From Candidatus Shapirobacteria bacterium (GTDB taxonomy: Bacteria; Patescibacteriota; Microgenomatia; UBA12405): a DNA stretch of 39,391 bases. The notes under the pieces were generated by a model, which searched no databases, was not told the origin of the DNA, and saw only the letters and a list, made by a program, of their open reading frames with translations. Position 1 is the stretch's first letter. Every line of letters starts with the position of its first letter. The DNA lies in NCBI GenBank assembly GCA_041659325.1, contig JBAZYN010000001.1, positions 197,428 through 236,818 of the forward strand, read 5' to 3'. Below, piece after piece: positions 17,000 through 27,507 of this stretch. Both the position numbers and the translations under genes were made by a program.

Positions 17000-19381
17000 A
17001 TGACCGAAATACCACTACAACCAAACCAGGAAAAAGCCCTCCAACCAGTGAGGAAAGTCTTGCCATTAATTCCGCTCAGAAACGTTGTTCTTTTTCCTTC
17101 CGTTGAAACTTCATTGTTCTTTGGTCGAAAAGAATCGATGAATTCATTGCTTTATGCCTACGACAATACAAATAAATTAGTAATTATTACTGCCCAAAAA
17201 AACCCCAAGGTCGAAAAGCCATTATTGTCGGATATTTACACTGTTGGGGTTCTTGCCAGAATTGAGCATATCCTCCAAACCGATGGCAGTCTCCATGCCA
17301 TAGTCAAGGGTGTCTCTCGAGTGAATATTGTCAACATGACCCAAACAGACCCACACGCCATGGTCGAGTTTGTCGATCTTCCCATAATCCCCGAATCAGT
17401 TACCGACATCCAACAGGCCGCAGAAGCCTTGCTTAGCCAACTAAAGAAGGCCTTTTCTATGGGAAGACAATTTGACCTTCCTGCCATGATGCAGCTAAGT
17501 ACGGGTGTTTCTAGCTCAGATCTTGCCGACCAGGTCAGCTTTTCCACCAACGCTAAAATGCCAGAAAAGCAAACCTTACTTGAAATGCTTCTCGTCAGTC
17601 AAAGACTAAAAGCCGCCACAGAATTTTTGGTTCAGGAAATGAAAGTCGCCGAACTGGAGCGGACAATCGAAGACAGAACCCAGGAGAAATTTAATACCGG
17701 CATGAAACGGAACATTCTGGAAGAACGCAAGCGCCAAATTGAAAAAGAATTAAAGAAAATCGGTGAAAATTCTTCGGGAGAATTTGGTGATTTGGAAACA
17801 AAAATAAAAAAACTCAAAATGCCCCCTGAGGTAAAAAGAAAGGTTCTCAAGGAGTTTGACCGTCTTGTTGAAATGGGATCAATGGCTCCCGAGTCAAGTT
17901 ATATCAGAACCTACCTGGAAACCGTTGCTGAAATGCCCTGGGGAAAATACAGTGTATCCAATCCGGACATCAAAAAAGCAGAAACTATTTTAGACAACGA
18001 CCATTATGGCCTCAAGGATGTAAAGGAACGAATCTTGGAACATCTAGCCGTCATCAGTCTTAAAAATAAAAATAAAACAAAAAAAGATGAGCCCGTTTCC
18101 ACAACAAATATTCTGTGTTTTATTGGCCCACCGGGAGTTGGAAAAACCTCTATTGGTAAATCAATTGCAAACGCCCTGGGCAGAGAATTTGTTCGCGCTT
18201 CACTTGGAGGCATCCGTGACGAGGCCGAAATTAGAGGCCACCGTAGAACCTATGTCGGCGCTATGCCCGGAAGGATTGTAAAGGGGCTCAAAGACGCCAA
18301 AAGCATGAACCCGGTTTTTATGTTAGATGAAATTGACAAAATCGGAGCCGATTACAGGGGAGACCCCTCATCCGCTTTATTGGAAACTCTCGACCCTGAA
18401 CAAAACAAGGACTTTAATGATCATTATCTTGATTTTCCTCTCGATTTATCAAAAGTCTTTTTTATCCTAACCGGAAATAGTCTTAGTACTATACCCGGCC
18501 CCCTTCGTGATCGTCTAGAAGTCATCATGTTCTCCGGATACACCCAGGAAGAAAAATTTCATATTGCTAAACAATACCTAATCAAAAAAGAATTAAAAGC
18601 CAACGGTCTGAGTCGTGAAAAAATACCCGACCTCAACGACAATACTATTCGGTACATAATCGACAAGTATACCCGCGAAGCCGGAGTCCGTGAACTAGAA
18701 AGGGTAATCGCCAGTTTATTCCGGAAAATCGCCAAAAAGATTGTATCTGGAAACAAAATAAAAACTGACTTGAATAATACTGCAACCATCAAAAAACTTT
18801 TGGGTCCGGAAAAATTTAGTTCACAATTAAAAGGCAAAAAGGACGAGGTGGGAACCTCCACCGGCCTTGCCTGGACTAGTGTTGGGGGCGACATTCTTTT
18901 TATTGAGGTCAATGTTATGCCCGGAAAAGGTCATTTGATCCTTACCGGCAAGCTTGGATCCGTCATGAAAGAGTCCTGCCAAGCCGCTTTGTCATTTGTC
19001 AGAAGCCAAGCGAATAAATGGCATATAAAACAGGATTTCCACAAAATCGATATTCATATTCATGTCCCCGAAGGAGCTACTCCAAAAGATGGTCCATCCG
19101 CCGGATGTGCTATTACTACCGCCATCGTTTCCGCCCTTAAGGGAGTACCCGTTCCCCGGGATATCGGAATGACCGGCGAAATTACCCTCAGAGGCAACGC
19201 TTTGGAAATTGGCGGTCTCAAGGAAAAATCAATTGCCGCTCACCGTGCCGGTCTTAAAACCATATTTATTCCGGCTGATAACAAAAAATCTCTGGTTGAA
19301 ATTCCAAAAGAGGTAAAAAAGGATATAAAATTCATTCCTGTCAGCCACTATTCCGAGATCTACGACAAAATTTTTAGCTAA
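17000..19381 (+). CDS. lon: Lon protease
   Basis: LPLIPLRN N-domain, GPPGVGKTS Walker A, LDEIDK, and PKDGPSAG (Ser) plus GGLKEK (Lys) dyad; ATG 17000 lies 7 nt after TGaTAGACT. Confidence 0.97.
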   Translation: MTEIPLQPNQEKALQPVRKVLPLIPLRNVVLFPSVETSLFFGRKESMNSLLYAYDNTNKLVIITAQKNPKVEKPLLSDIYTVGVLARIEHILQTDGSLHAIVKGVSRVNIVNMTQTDPHAMVEFVDLPIIPESVTDIQQAAEALLSQLKKAFSMGRQFDLPAMMQLSTGVSSSDLADQVSFSTNAKMPEKQTLLEMLLVSQRLKAATEFLVQEMKVAELERTIEDRTQEKFNTGMKRNILEERKRQIEKELKKIGENSSGEFGDLETKIKKLKMPPEVKRKVLKEFDRLVEMGSMAPESSYIRTYLETVAEMPWGKYSVSNPDIKKAETILDNDHYGLKDVKERILEHLAVISLKNKNKTKKDEPVSTTNILCFIGPPGVGKTSIGKSIANALGREFVRASLGGIRDEAEIRGHRRTYVGAMPGRIVKGLKDAKSMNPVFMLDEIDKIGADYRGDPSSALLETLDPEQNKDFNDHYLDFPLDLSKVFFILTGNSLSTIPGPLRDRLEVIMFSGYTQEEKFHIAKQYLIKKELKANGLSREKIPDLNDNTIRYIIDKYTREAGVRELERVIASLFRKIAKKIVSGNKIKTDLNNTATIKKLLGPEKFSSQLKGKKDEVGTSTGLAWTSVGGDILFIEVNVMPGKGHLILTGKLGSVMKESCQAALSFVRSQANKWHIKQDFHKIDIHIHVPEGATPKDGPSAGCAITTAIVSALKGVPVPRDIGMTGEITLRGNALEIGGLKEKSIAAHRAGLKTIFIPADNKKSLVEIPKEVKKDIKFIPVSHYSEIYDKIFS

Positions 19382-19388
19382 TATGACA

Positions 19389-19531
19389 TCATTGCGCCTG
19401 CCCGCCTCTGGCGGGAGGAGCTTTTCAAGCGACGAAGCAATCATTACAGGATTTGACTATACAAATCTCTCCACTCCGAATTATTGCTTTTGTTAAAGAT
19501 TGCCACAGTCAATCCTTCCTTCGCAATGACG
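19389..19531. repeat. REP-like CGTC-tagged palindromic element with nested 19-nt insert
   Basis: TCATTGCG 19389-19396 pairs with CGCAATGA 19522-19529; GCAATC 19437-19442 pairs with GATTGC 19498-19503; insert CCTGCCCGCCTCTGGCGGG at 19397-19415. Confidence 0.7.
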
Positions 19532-19537
19532 AAATCT

Positions 19538-21268
19538 CTACATCTTTTCAATCGGTTTTAATCCCAATAGCACCAGTCCGATACGAATTATACTAGCCGT
19601 GGTTTTCGTCAAGAACACCCTAAACGCCTCTTCTTTGCTTTCTACGATCCTATTTTTACCATAGAATTCATTAAACTTCCTGGCCACACTCAAAATATAT
19701 TCAGCCACTACTGCCGGTGAGAACCTACAAGACGACTCTATAATCTTTTCCTCAAATTTGTAAAATTCTCTAAGTAGTTGTAATTCATCTTCATTTATTG
19801 ATAGGGGAACCGAGTCAATATTTTTCTGTTCAAGTATTCTAGTTTTGGCCAACACACTCTGGCATCTGGCATAAGTGTACTGAAGATATGGCCCCGAATC
19901 TCCGTCCAAGCTCATTATCTTATCCCAGTCGAAAATAACATCCTTTCTTGGGTCAGACGACAAGTCATTAAATTTAATTGCCCCGATTGCCACCTCTTGA
20001 ATCATTTCCTGTTTTTCAGTTGACGTCATTTCTTTGGACACACTGCTCTTTTCAGCTACTGCAGTCGCCATCTCTTTCGCTCTGTAAATTACTTCAGATA
20101 AATGAATTGTCTGCCCTTTTCTGGTAGAAAACTTCCCATCCTTCCACCTTATCAAACCATGACCGATATGTTTAAACCCATCCTTCGGCATCCACCCAAG
20201 CATTTTAGCGACCGCAAATACTTGTCTAAAATACAAATTTTGATCAGAACCCACCTCATAGACAATTAAGTCAGGGTTCCAGGTCTCTTTGCGATATTTT
20301 ATTGCTGCCAAATCTCTGGCCAAATATGTAGTCGCCTCATTAGTCTTTTTCAAAATTATCGGAGGCATATTTTCAAATTCTATAATTAACGCCCCTTCAC
20401 TCTTCCTGGTTATACCCTTTTTAATACAATCATTTATTACATCCTCGAGCATTGGTAAATAAAATGATTCTCCATACGCAAAGTCAATTTTTACCCCCAA
20501 AAGATCATAAACCCGGTCAAATTCCAAAAGAGAAATATCGACACACTTTTGCCAAATAGACTTAGCTTCAGAATCACCATTCTCTAATTTGGAAAACCAC
20601 TCCCTGGCTTCTTCAATCAACCCCGGTTCTTTTTCTTCTTCCTCGTGGAACTTCACATATAATTTTTCCAAATCGTCTACCGTCATATTGTCCACCGTCT
20701 TTTTCCCCCACTTCTTTACCGCCACAATCAATTTTCCGAATTGTGTGCCCCAATCGCCCAAATGATTGTCCCCAATACAATTCCACCCTAAAAATTTATA
20801 AATATTATAGATTGCCTGACCGATATTGGTTGACCGTAAATGCCCGATACCAAAAGGTTTGGCAATATTCGGAGCCGAGTAGTCCACCACCACTGTTTTA
20901 CCTTTCCCGTATGCATTAAGTTTATTTCTAAACTCTATTTCGTAATTGATTACTTCTGCCTGTCTTAGTAAAACTTCATTTTTCAAAAAAATATTAATAA
21001 ATCCGTTTCCCGCCACTTCCGCCTTTTCAATCAATCCGCTCTCCTGAGAAAAAGCCGAGATTTTTACAAGAATTTCTTGAGCCAAAACTTTCGGGTTCTT
21101 TTTTTCTCTTTTTCCCAGAATCATACCGATATTTGTCGAATAATCTCCAAAATTACTATCGGCCGGATGTTCAAAGATTATTTCATCACTATCGATTTTA
21201 TAGCCCATAGAACTAATAGTTTGGGAGACAATCTCGGTCAGCTGTTTTACAATATCAGTTTGCATCAT
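19538..21268 (-). CDS. argS: Arginine--tRNA ligase
   Basis: FGDYS, GFINI, DYSAPNIAKPFGIGHLRS, GDWGTQFG, FSTRKG and GPYLQY motifs; second ATG 21265 may be the start. Confidence 0.97.
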   Translation of the reverse strand: MMQTDIVKQLTEIVSQTISSMGYKIDSDEIIFEHPADSNFGDYSTNIGMILGKREKKNPKVLAQEILVKISAFSQESGLIEKAEVAGNGFINIFLKNEVLLRQAEVINYEIEFRNKLNAYGKGKTVVVDYSAPNIAKPFGIGHLRSTNIGQAIYNIYKFLGWNCIGDNHLGDWGTQFGKLIVAVKKWGKKTVDNMTVDDLEKLYVKFHEEEEKEPGLIEEAREWFSKLENGDSEAKSIWQKCVDISLLEFDRVYDLLGVKIDFAYGESFYLPMLEDVINDCIKKGITRKSEGALIIEFENMPPIILKKTNEATTYLARDLAAIKYRKETWNPDLIVYEVGSDQNLYFRQVFAVAKMLGWMPKDGFKHIGHGLIRWKDGKFSTRKGQTIHLSEVIYRAKEMATAVAEKSSVSKEMTSTEKQEMIQEVAIGAIKFNDLSSDPRKDVIFDWDKIMSLDGDSGPYLQYTYARCQSVLAKTRILEQKNIDSVPLSINEDELQLLREFYKFEEKIIESSCRFSPAVVAEYILSVARKFNEFYGKNRIVESKEEAFRVFLTKTTASIIRIGLVLLGLKPIEKM

Positions 21269-21277
21269 AAGATAATA

Positions 21278-21613
21278 TCAAAAAACCTTTACTCCGTTTT
21301 TCATGTCCTTTTCCAATAAAAGAATACTTATCATCCCGTTTTCTTCGTCATCAGCGGCAAAAATCATCGCCTCCGATTCCTCACCCATTATTTTTTTCGG
21401 AACCATATTAACCACAAACACTGTTTTTTTATCGATTAATTCTTCTGGCTCATACCATTTATGTATACCGGAATACACCGTTTTTACCCCCAACTCGCCA
21501 AAATCTACTCTCATTCTGATTAATTTCTCCGATTTCGGAACACAAACTGCTTCAATAATTTGGCCTACTCTAAACTCAACCTTGGAAAAATCGGCATAAG
21601 TTATTTGATCCAT
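21278..21613 (-). CDS. Stand-alone tRNA-binding OB-fold protein (MetG C-terminal/CsaA/Trbp111-like)
   Basis: DFSKVEFRVGQI, KLIRMRVDFG, N..PKKIMG.ESEAMI; ATG 21613 lies 5 nt after TGaTAAAAT. Confidence 0.88.
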   Translation of the reverse strand: MDQITYADFSKVEFRVGQIIEAVCVPKSEKLIRMRVDFGELGVKTVYSGIHKWYEPEELIDKKTVFVVNMVPKKIMGEESEAMIFAADDEENGMISILLLEKDMKNGVKVF

Positions 21614-21655
21614 AATCGATTTTATCAAATAAATCACTTTATGATATCCTAGAGG

Positions 21656-23080
21656 ATGAAGATAAACCCCAATATGTTTCGAGGATATGATTTACGTGGT
21701 ATTGCTAATGTCGATTTAAATCCGGAAATAGTTCAAAACATCGGCCGTGCCTATGGAACTTATTTATCTAACAAAGATATCAAGGATGCAGTTGTCGGTC
21801 GTGATTGTCGTCAGACCAGTTTGGAATACTCAGAGGCACTGATTAAAGGAATCAGACAGTCGGGGATTAATGTGGTCGATATTGGCCTAACCATGATAGG
21901 CACCTTTTATTGGTCTCAACATCACTTAAACATCCGAGGGGGTGTTTTTGTTACCGCCTCACATAATCCGGCCGAATACAACGGCTTTAAAATTGCATCT
22001 GACCTTTCCGAAACGCTTGTCTCCGACGGAATGAAAGAACTCCGTATAAAAGTAGAGAATGATGATTATGTTCAAAATAAACCCCAAGGTACTTACAAAG
22101 AATATGATATTAACGAACCCTATTTTCGGGAAATTATTAAACTTTTCCCTCAGAATAAAAAATTAAAAATCCTAATTGATCCCAGTCATACCACTGCCGG
22201 TGTAATGGTTCCGTCTCTGCTTCGTCGACTAGGCCACGAAGTAATTGAAATGCACTGCAATATCGACCCCACGTTTCCACTTGGAACACCCGATCCGACA
22301 GAGTCATTCGTTGCAAAAAGGTTGTCACAAGAAGTTGTTTCCGCCGGCGCCGACATTGGCTTTACCTACGACTCTGATGGTGACAGAATCGGAATTGTCG
22401 ATGAAAAAGGTGGGATTATTTGGAACGATGTTTTGTTGGCTATTTTTGCGGCCGATGTTTTGGCACACCACCCAGGCGAGAAGATCATGTTCAACACCCT
22501 TTGTTCCAAAATAGTTCCCGAAACCATTGTTGCCAACGGAGGTGTCCCATTCATGTGGCGAACAGGCCATTCTTTTTTAAAGAAAAAAAATCAGGAAATA
22601 AAAGCTGCTTTTATTGGTGAACTTTCCGGCCATTTTTTCTTTTCAGCAGATTTCTATAATCATGATGATGGTATTTATTCCACCGTAAGACTAATTGATT
22701 ATATCGCTCGAACAGGTAAAACATTATCCGAGGCAGTTTTAAAGTTGCCTCAATATATTTCCAGTCCAGAGATAAAAATCGGCAGTCCTGATGACAAAAA
22801 AGTTGCTTTAATGTCAAAAATCAGTCAAATATTGAAAAAAGATTATCCCTCCGCTGAAATTGTAGATGATGAGAGAGCCGGAGATGGAGTCCGACTCGAT
22901 ATGCCGGATTCTATGTTTGTGGTCCGTTATTCCCAAAACGGACCTTATCTAACCATAAAATTTGAAGCCAGAACGCAGACTAAATACGAAGAACTAAAAA
23001 AATACATTGCAAATCTCATGCGCACTTTTCCACACGACGTAGACTGGTCATTTGGCGCTAATTTGGAAAGCTTAGAGTAA
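21656..23080 (+). CDS. Phosphomannomutase/phosphoglucomutase
   Basis: FRGYDLRG, TASHNP phosphoserine, DSDGDR metal loop and GELSGH sugar loop. Confidence 0.95.
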   Translation: MKINPNMFRGYDLRGIANVDLNPEIVQNIGRAYGTYLSNKDIKDAVVGRDCRQTSLEYSEALIKGIRQSGINVVDIGLTMIGTFYWSQHHLNIRGGVFVTASHNPAEYNGFKIASDLSETLVSDGMKELRIKVENDDYVQNKPQGTYKEYDINEPYFREIIKLFPQNKKLKILIDPSHTTAGVMVPSLLRRLGHEVIEMHCNIDPTFPLGTPDPTESFVAKRLSQEVVSAGADIGFTYDSDGDRIGIVDEKGGIIWNDVLLAIFAADVLAHHPGEKIMFNTLCSKIVPETIVANGGVPFMWRTGHSFLKKKNQEIKAAFIGELSGHFFFSADFYNHDDGIYSTVRLIDYIARTGKTLSEAVLKLPQYISSPEIKIGSPDDKKVALMSKISQILKKDYPSAEIVDDERAGDGVRLDMPDSMFVVRYSQNGPYLTIKFEARTQTKYEELKKYIANLMRTFPHDVDWSFGANLESLE

Positions 23081-23109
23081 AGTCCATTTTTATTGTCTAT
23101 TATATTTTT

Positions 23110-24315
23110 ATGACAAAATATCAACCTTCAGTCGAAATTCTTGATCGTTACGCCGACGTTCTCGTCAACTTTGCCCTTAATCACGGCAAAGGAATGAAAA
23201 AGGGAGAAGTGGTTTTTCTCCAAGTCCCGGAATCTGCAAAACCTCTCCTAGTTTCATTGCAAAAAATAGTCCTTCGGAGTGGGGGACACGCCATCATACA
23301 ATATCTCCCCGATGAAATCCAAAAAGATTTTTTTGCCCTGGCCTCAGACGAACAAATAAATTTTTTTCCTGCCAAATTTTTAAAAGGAAAAATCGACCAG
23401 GCCGATCATTTTCTCACCATTTTAGCCGAAACCAATCTTCACGAACTTGAAGGCATAGACCCATACAAAATCATGGACCGCAATCGCTCCATGAAGCCCT
23501 ATCTCGATTGGCGAAATGTCAAGGAAGCCAAAGGAAAATTTTCCTGGACACTTGGTCTGTATGCCACCCCTGCCATGGCCAAAGAGGCCGGTATTTCTTT
23601 AAAATCATGCTGGAAACAAATCATTCGCGCCTGTTATCTTGACAACCACAGCCCCGTTAACAAGTGGAAAAAAGTCCAAATCGAAATTAATCGTGTAAAG
23701 GACAAATTAAATAAACTTAATATTGAAAGTTTACATATTAAATCCAGAAATTGTGACTTTACAGTTGGGATCGATAGAAACAGAAAATGGCTAGGCGGTA
23801 ACGGTGCCAATATTCCCAGTTTTGAGCTGTTTATTTCTCCCGACTGGCGAAAAACCAACGGCCATATATTTTTCAATCAACCCCTTTACCGTTACGGTAA
23901 TCTGATAAAAAACATAAATTTAGATTTTAAAGCAGGTATAGTAATCAATGCCACCGCCAATTACGGCCAAAAGGTACTCACCGATTTATTAAAAGTAGAA
24001 AACGCAAACAAAATCGGTGAATTTTCTTTAACTGACAAACGCATATCCAAAATAAACAGCTTTATGGCAGAAACTCTCTATGATGAAAATTTCGGAGGCA
24101 GATTTGGCAATACTCATATTGCCCTGGGTAATTCTTTTCGAGATTCTCACCCCGGTAATACTTCAAAAATTACCGCAAAAGAATGGGATGATCTGGGATT
24201 CAATGACTCAGCCATCCATGTTGACCTAATATCTAGCGAGAATCGAATGGTCACCGCAACCTTAGAAAACGGCACGCAGATAATAATCTATAAGGATGGT
24301 GTCTTCTGTATTTAA
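23110..24315 (+). CDS. M29 family aminopeptidase (AmpS/AmpT-like)
   Basis: YADVLV, NIPSFELF, KIGEF, YDEN, HIALG and SAIHVDLI motifs. Confidence 0.92.
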   Translation: MTKYQPSVEILDRYADVLVNFALNHGKGMKKGEVVFLQVPESAKPLLVSLQKIVLRSGGHAIIQYLPDEIQKDFFALASDEQINFFPAKFLKGKIDQADHFLTILAETNLHELEGIDPYKIMDRNRSMKPYLDWRNVKEAKGKFSWTLGLYATPAMAKEAGISLKSCWKQIIRACYLDNHSPVNKWKKVQIEINRVKDKLNKLNIESLHIKSRNCDFTVGIDRNRKWLGGNGANIPSFELFISPDWRKTNGHIFFNQPLYRYGNLIKNINLDFKAGIVINATANYGQKVLTDLLKVENANKIGEFSLTDKRISKINSFMAETLYDENFGGRFGNTHIALGNSFRDSHPGNTSKITAKEWDDLGFNDSAIHVDLISSENRMVTATLENGTQIIIYKDGVFCI

Positions 24316-24342
24316 ACACTTCACAACCTACTAACCTATCTT

Positions 24343-27033
24343 CTATCTTTTGGTTGTAAAATTTTTAACTGAGGAACTATATTCAACCCCGGATGCGTTC
24401 TTAGAGTGTACTTTATAATAGTACTTTCTACCCCGGCTTAAACCAGAGAGCTTTACGGAATGAATTTTTGTCAAGTTATTATCTAAAGTCGTCGAATTAT
24501 TAAGAAAAATTGACATTACTCCATAGCTCACCCTACTTGTTCCTGGGTTTGAGCTTGTCCAGTTTATTACCACCGAACTACTGGTAATATTTGTGGCGGA
24601 AATTGCCGATATAACTATTGGCTGAGCTGTTGGTATCGGAATTGGTGTTGGTGTATTTGTAGGAGTGGGTATACTAGTCGGTACCAAAACAGGTATTGGG
24701 TTTTTATAAATTCTAATTTGCCCTCTGTTTGCATCAAATACATACAAATCATCATTACTATCAAAAACTGCTCCAACCGGCCAATTATAGAAATCAGACA
24801 GATAACCATCAGGTTTTGCAAACTCTGGATCGGACGGGTTATTCTGGTTAACAAGTGCCGGATCATTATAATACTCAACAAACCTGTTGCCTCCATAAGG
24901 ATTTTGCCCTACCACCATTTGATTTAGGCTATTGAATGTTGGTTCAAAAGTCATATGTGGATAGCTGTTCGATGAGCTTTTTCTCGGAAATGACTTGGTG
25001 GCGAAGGTGGCATACATAACTTCTGCGTTGTCCGATGGAAATAAGGCCGAAGAAAACATCAGCAGTCTCCAGTTTCCCGCCGATTCCAAATAATGGTCCG
25101 ATACATACAAATTCCCTTTTTTATCTATTGCCAAAGCCCCGGGGTAACACAGCATATTCAAATCCGCCGTCAGTGCTGTCCCTGAATTGGGCTGAGGCAC
25201 CACACCTCGATTACACTCATTCCCGTTAATATCATTCTGCCCCAATACAACGTCGACCACCGGATCAGTCAGTGGGGTTCTTATTCTAAACACTCTGTGA
25301 TTAATAGTGTCTGATACCCACAAAAACTCAGAATGTTCCGTAATCGCTAATCCGTGAGCATCATCAAAATTCACCTGCCCTCCGCCTAAAACCTGAATCG
25401 GCGAACTAATTATTTTCACTGCCGACGCACCGATCGATAAAGGTGCCTGGTATAAAACTACTTGGTTGGACCTCATTATCCAAACTCTGTTATCAGAATC
25501 AACTTTTATCTGTTCATACCCGGGATTTGGTAGCTCGCTAAAATTAGAAACGCCTACATAGCCATCCGGTGTTTGGCCGTTTACAAGACTATCCTTATCA
25601 TTCCAAAACAATACCCTGTTATTACCGGCAATCAGCTGGTTTCCGGCAATAGCGACTCCCACAAAACCCGGATGCTCAAATCTCCTGGCTGAAGTAAAAT
25701 TATATCCGTATGGTGGAGAAAACAACCTCTTCGTTTGAAGATAACTCCCGTCACTCTGTTTTGTGAACCTATAGACATCTTGTCCATATACATATGAAGA
25801 AGGCAGCAAACTACCTTCACTGTCGATCCCCACTGAGCCACCCCCCAATGCTTCAACACTTAATTGTGTAATTACGTTAGTACCGTTGCTATCCCATAAT
25901 CTGATCCGACCCGACCATACATTATTATCATATACAAATATCCCTCTCCCATCCGGGTCTATTTCTACCGCCACTGGATTTGTGTGATCTGCTCCAAAAA
26001 TGGCTCCGCTCATTCCGACACTAAACGGTTCACTAAATTGGAGAACTCTATTATTATAAGTATCGGCAACTAATATTCTTGCATTGTTACCGTCATATCT
26101 CACCGCTCCCGGACCATGCAATCTATCAGGTGAACTCCCGTATGACCAATCGCCCCCTGTCGTAAAGTTTGGTTGACCCAACACTACATCAGCGGTCTTA
26201 GAAATAATACCAGTCTGCGTATCTCTTGGAAATCTCAAAACCCTGTTATTTCCACCATCGGCTACCCATAAATTTCCGAATTTATCGATCGTAACTCCGC
26301 CCCCGGCAGCGCCGATAGAGTGAAAGCAGATCGAAAACGCAGTTGGAGGCGGTGAAGCCGAAAAACCATTCCCAATCCCTCCACTGATATTACATTGATT
26401 ACCGCTAAAATCCGCCTGGCCCCAAACCTCATCCGCCACCGTATCCGTTGTAAACGGGCTAATAAACTTCAATACTCGGTTGTTTTGCGAATCGGCCACA
26501 AAAAGATTTCCATAATCATCAACGAACATACTGACAAAACTTTTGTCTTCCAGCGTTGTCCGGGTAGACTCTGGCATCCCACACAAAGTCGATGCCGATG
26601 CCGGTCTCCTGTTTGGGTATGTGTCAAAACTTGCATCCTGATTACACGCCCCATAATCACTCGCCGATGGCTGTCCTATTACCAAATCCGCGCTGCACGG
26701 TGAATCTCCACTATAACAGTTGGCGAGATTTATCCCAAGTATTCTGCTATTTCCCGAATCCCAAACGTAGAGTCTACCCGGGCTTACCGACCTATCAATT
26801 ATTGTTCCACCCGGTGATGATACTTTAAACGGTACTACCTCTCGGGGGGCAATCTCTCCAAAATCTCTTTTACCAATAACTGTATCAGCCCAAAAATCTC
26901 CGGAAATACCCCGACTTACAACTGCCCCTTGAGCCAATACAAATTCTTTTTTTTGATACCACCAGACGCATGTCAAACTTACAATGAAAATTGATATTAC
27001 TGACACATAAACCACTTTCGAAAGAACCTTCAT
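24343..27033 (-). CDS. Secreted NHL/beta-propeller repeat protein with PT linker and C-terminal FN3-like domain
   Basis: N-terminal signal/TM; repeated VAD..NNRVL and AD.V.GQ motifs; PTSIPTPTNTPTP linker; W.S..P..S.V.YG...H.V.L..L.....YYY motif. Confidence 0.85.
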   Translation of the reverse strand: MKVLSKVVYVSVISIFIVSLTCVWWYQKKEFVLAQGAVVSRGISGDFWADTVIGKRDFGEIAPREVVPFKVSSPGGTIIDRSVSPGRLYVWDSGNSRILGINLANCYSGDSPCSADLVIGQPSASDYGACNQDASFDTYPNRRPASASTLCGMPESTRTTLEDKSFVSMFVDDYGNLFVADSQNNRVLKFISPFTTDTVADEVWGQADFSGNQCNISGGIGNGFSASPPPTAFSICFHSIGAAGGGVTIDKFGNLWVADGGNNRVLRFPRDTQTGIISKTADVVLGQPNFTTGGDWSYGSSPDRLHGPGAVRYDGNNARILVADTYNNRVLQFSEPFSVGMSGAIFGADHTNPVAVEIDPDGRGIFVYDNNVWSGRIRLWDSNGTNVITQLSVEALGGGSVGIDSEGSLLPSSYVYGQDVYRFTKQSDGSYLQTKRLFSPPYGYNFTSARRFEHPGFVGVAIAGNQLIAGNNRVLFWNDKDSLVNGQTPDGYVGVSNFSELPNPGYEQIKVDSDNRVWIMRSNQVVLYQAPLSIGASAVKIISSPIQVLGGGQVNFDDAHGLAITEHSEFLWVSDTINHRVFRIRTPLTDPVVDVVLGQNDINGNECNRGVVPQPNSGTALTADLNMLCYPGALAIDKKGNLYVSDHYLESAGNWRLLMFSSALFPSDNAEVMYATFATKSFPRKSSSNSYPHMTFEPTFNSLNQMVVGQNPYGGNRFVEYYNDPALVNQNNPSDPEFAKPDGYLSDFYNWPVGAVFDSNDDLYVFDANRGQIRIYKNPIPVLVPTSIPTPTNTPTPIPIPTAQPIVISAISATNITSSSVVINWTSSNPGTSRVSYGVMSIFLNNSTTLDNNLTKIHSVKLSGLSRGRKYYYKVHSKNASGVEYSSSVKNFTTKR

Positions 27034-27116
27034 AATATATTTTTATCAAACCAATAAAAGCACTTAGCTCAGTAAACAGCAGCAATATATTTTTGTCAAT
27101 GGGTACTTATCGTCCC

Positions 27117-27434
27117 CTACAAGTCCCTAAATAATATCTCCTTAAAATCGGATACTCTTCCGTTACATATCTTTACCCCTTCTTCTTTCAGAAGTTCCAT
27201 CTTCTTTTTCTGATACTTACCGTCTTTAAATCCAAAATAGCCTCCGATCTTTCCATTACTTTTTACCACCCTATGGCAGGGGACTTCGGGAGCAAATGGA
27301 TTATTCCTTAAAGCCTGGCCAATAGCCCGATAACACTTGCACCCCATAATATCTGCAATTACTTTATAAGTGGTTACGTTGCCAACAGGAACTTTTTTAA
27401 CTATTTTGTATACTTTATCTCTAAATTTACTCAT
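27117..27434 (-). CDS. MGMT/Ogt-family alkyltransferase domain protein
   Basis: VTTYK, RAIGQAL..NP and VPCHRVV with catalytic Cys; lacks N-terminal domain. Confidence 0.9.
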   Translation of the reverse strand: MSKFRDKVYKIVKKVPVGNVTTYKVIADIMGCKCYRAIGQALRNNPFAPEVPCHRVVKSNGKIGGYFGFKDGKYQKKKMELLKEEGVKICNGRVSDFKEILFRDL

Positions 27435-27507
27435 ACGCTAGACAGCCGTGTTGCCGTTCATTAATATTATATCTCTATAAATGTTTAGCCCTGTTATACT
27501 CATAAAG

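Noticed and set aside
17236-18912. Antisense ORFs over lon, and similar shadow ORFs over other housekeeping genes
   Set aside because: Short, motif-less, opposite-strand or out-of-frame by-products of real genes
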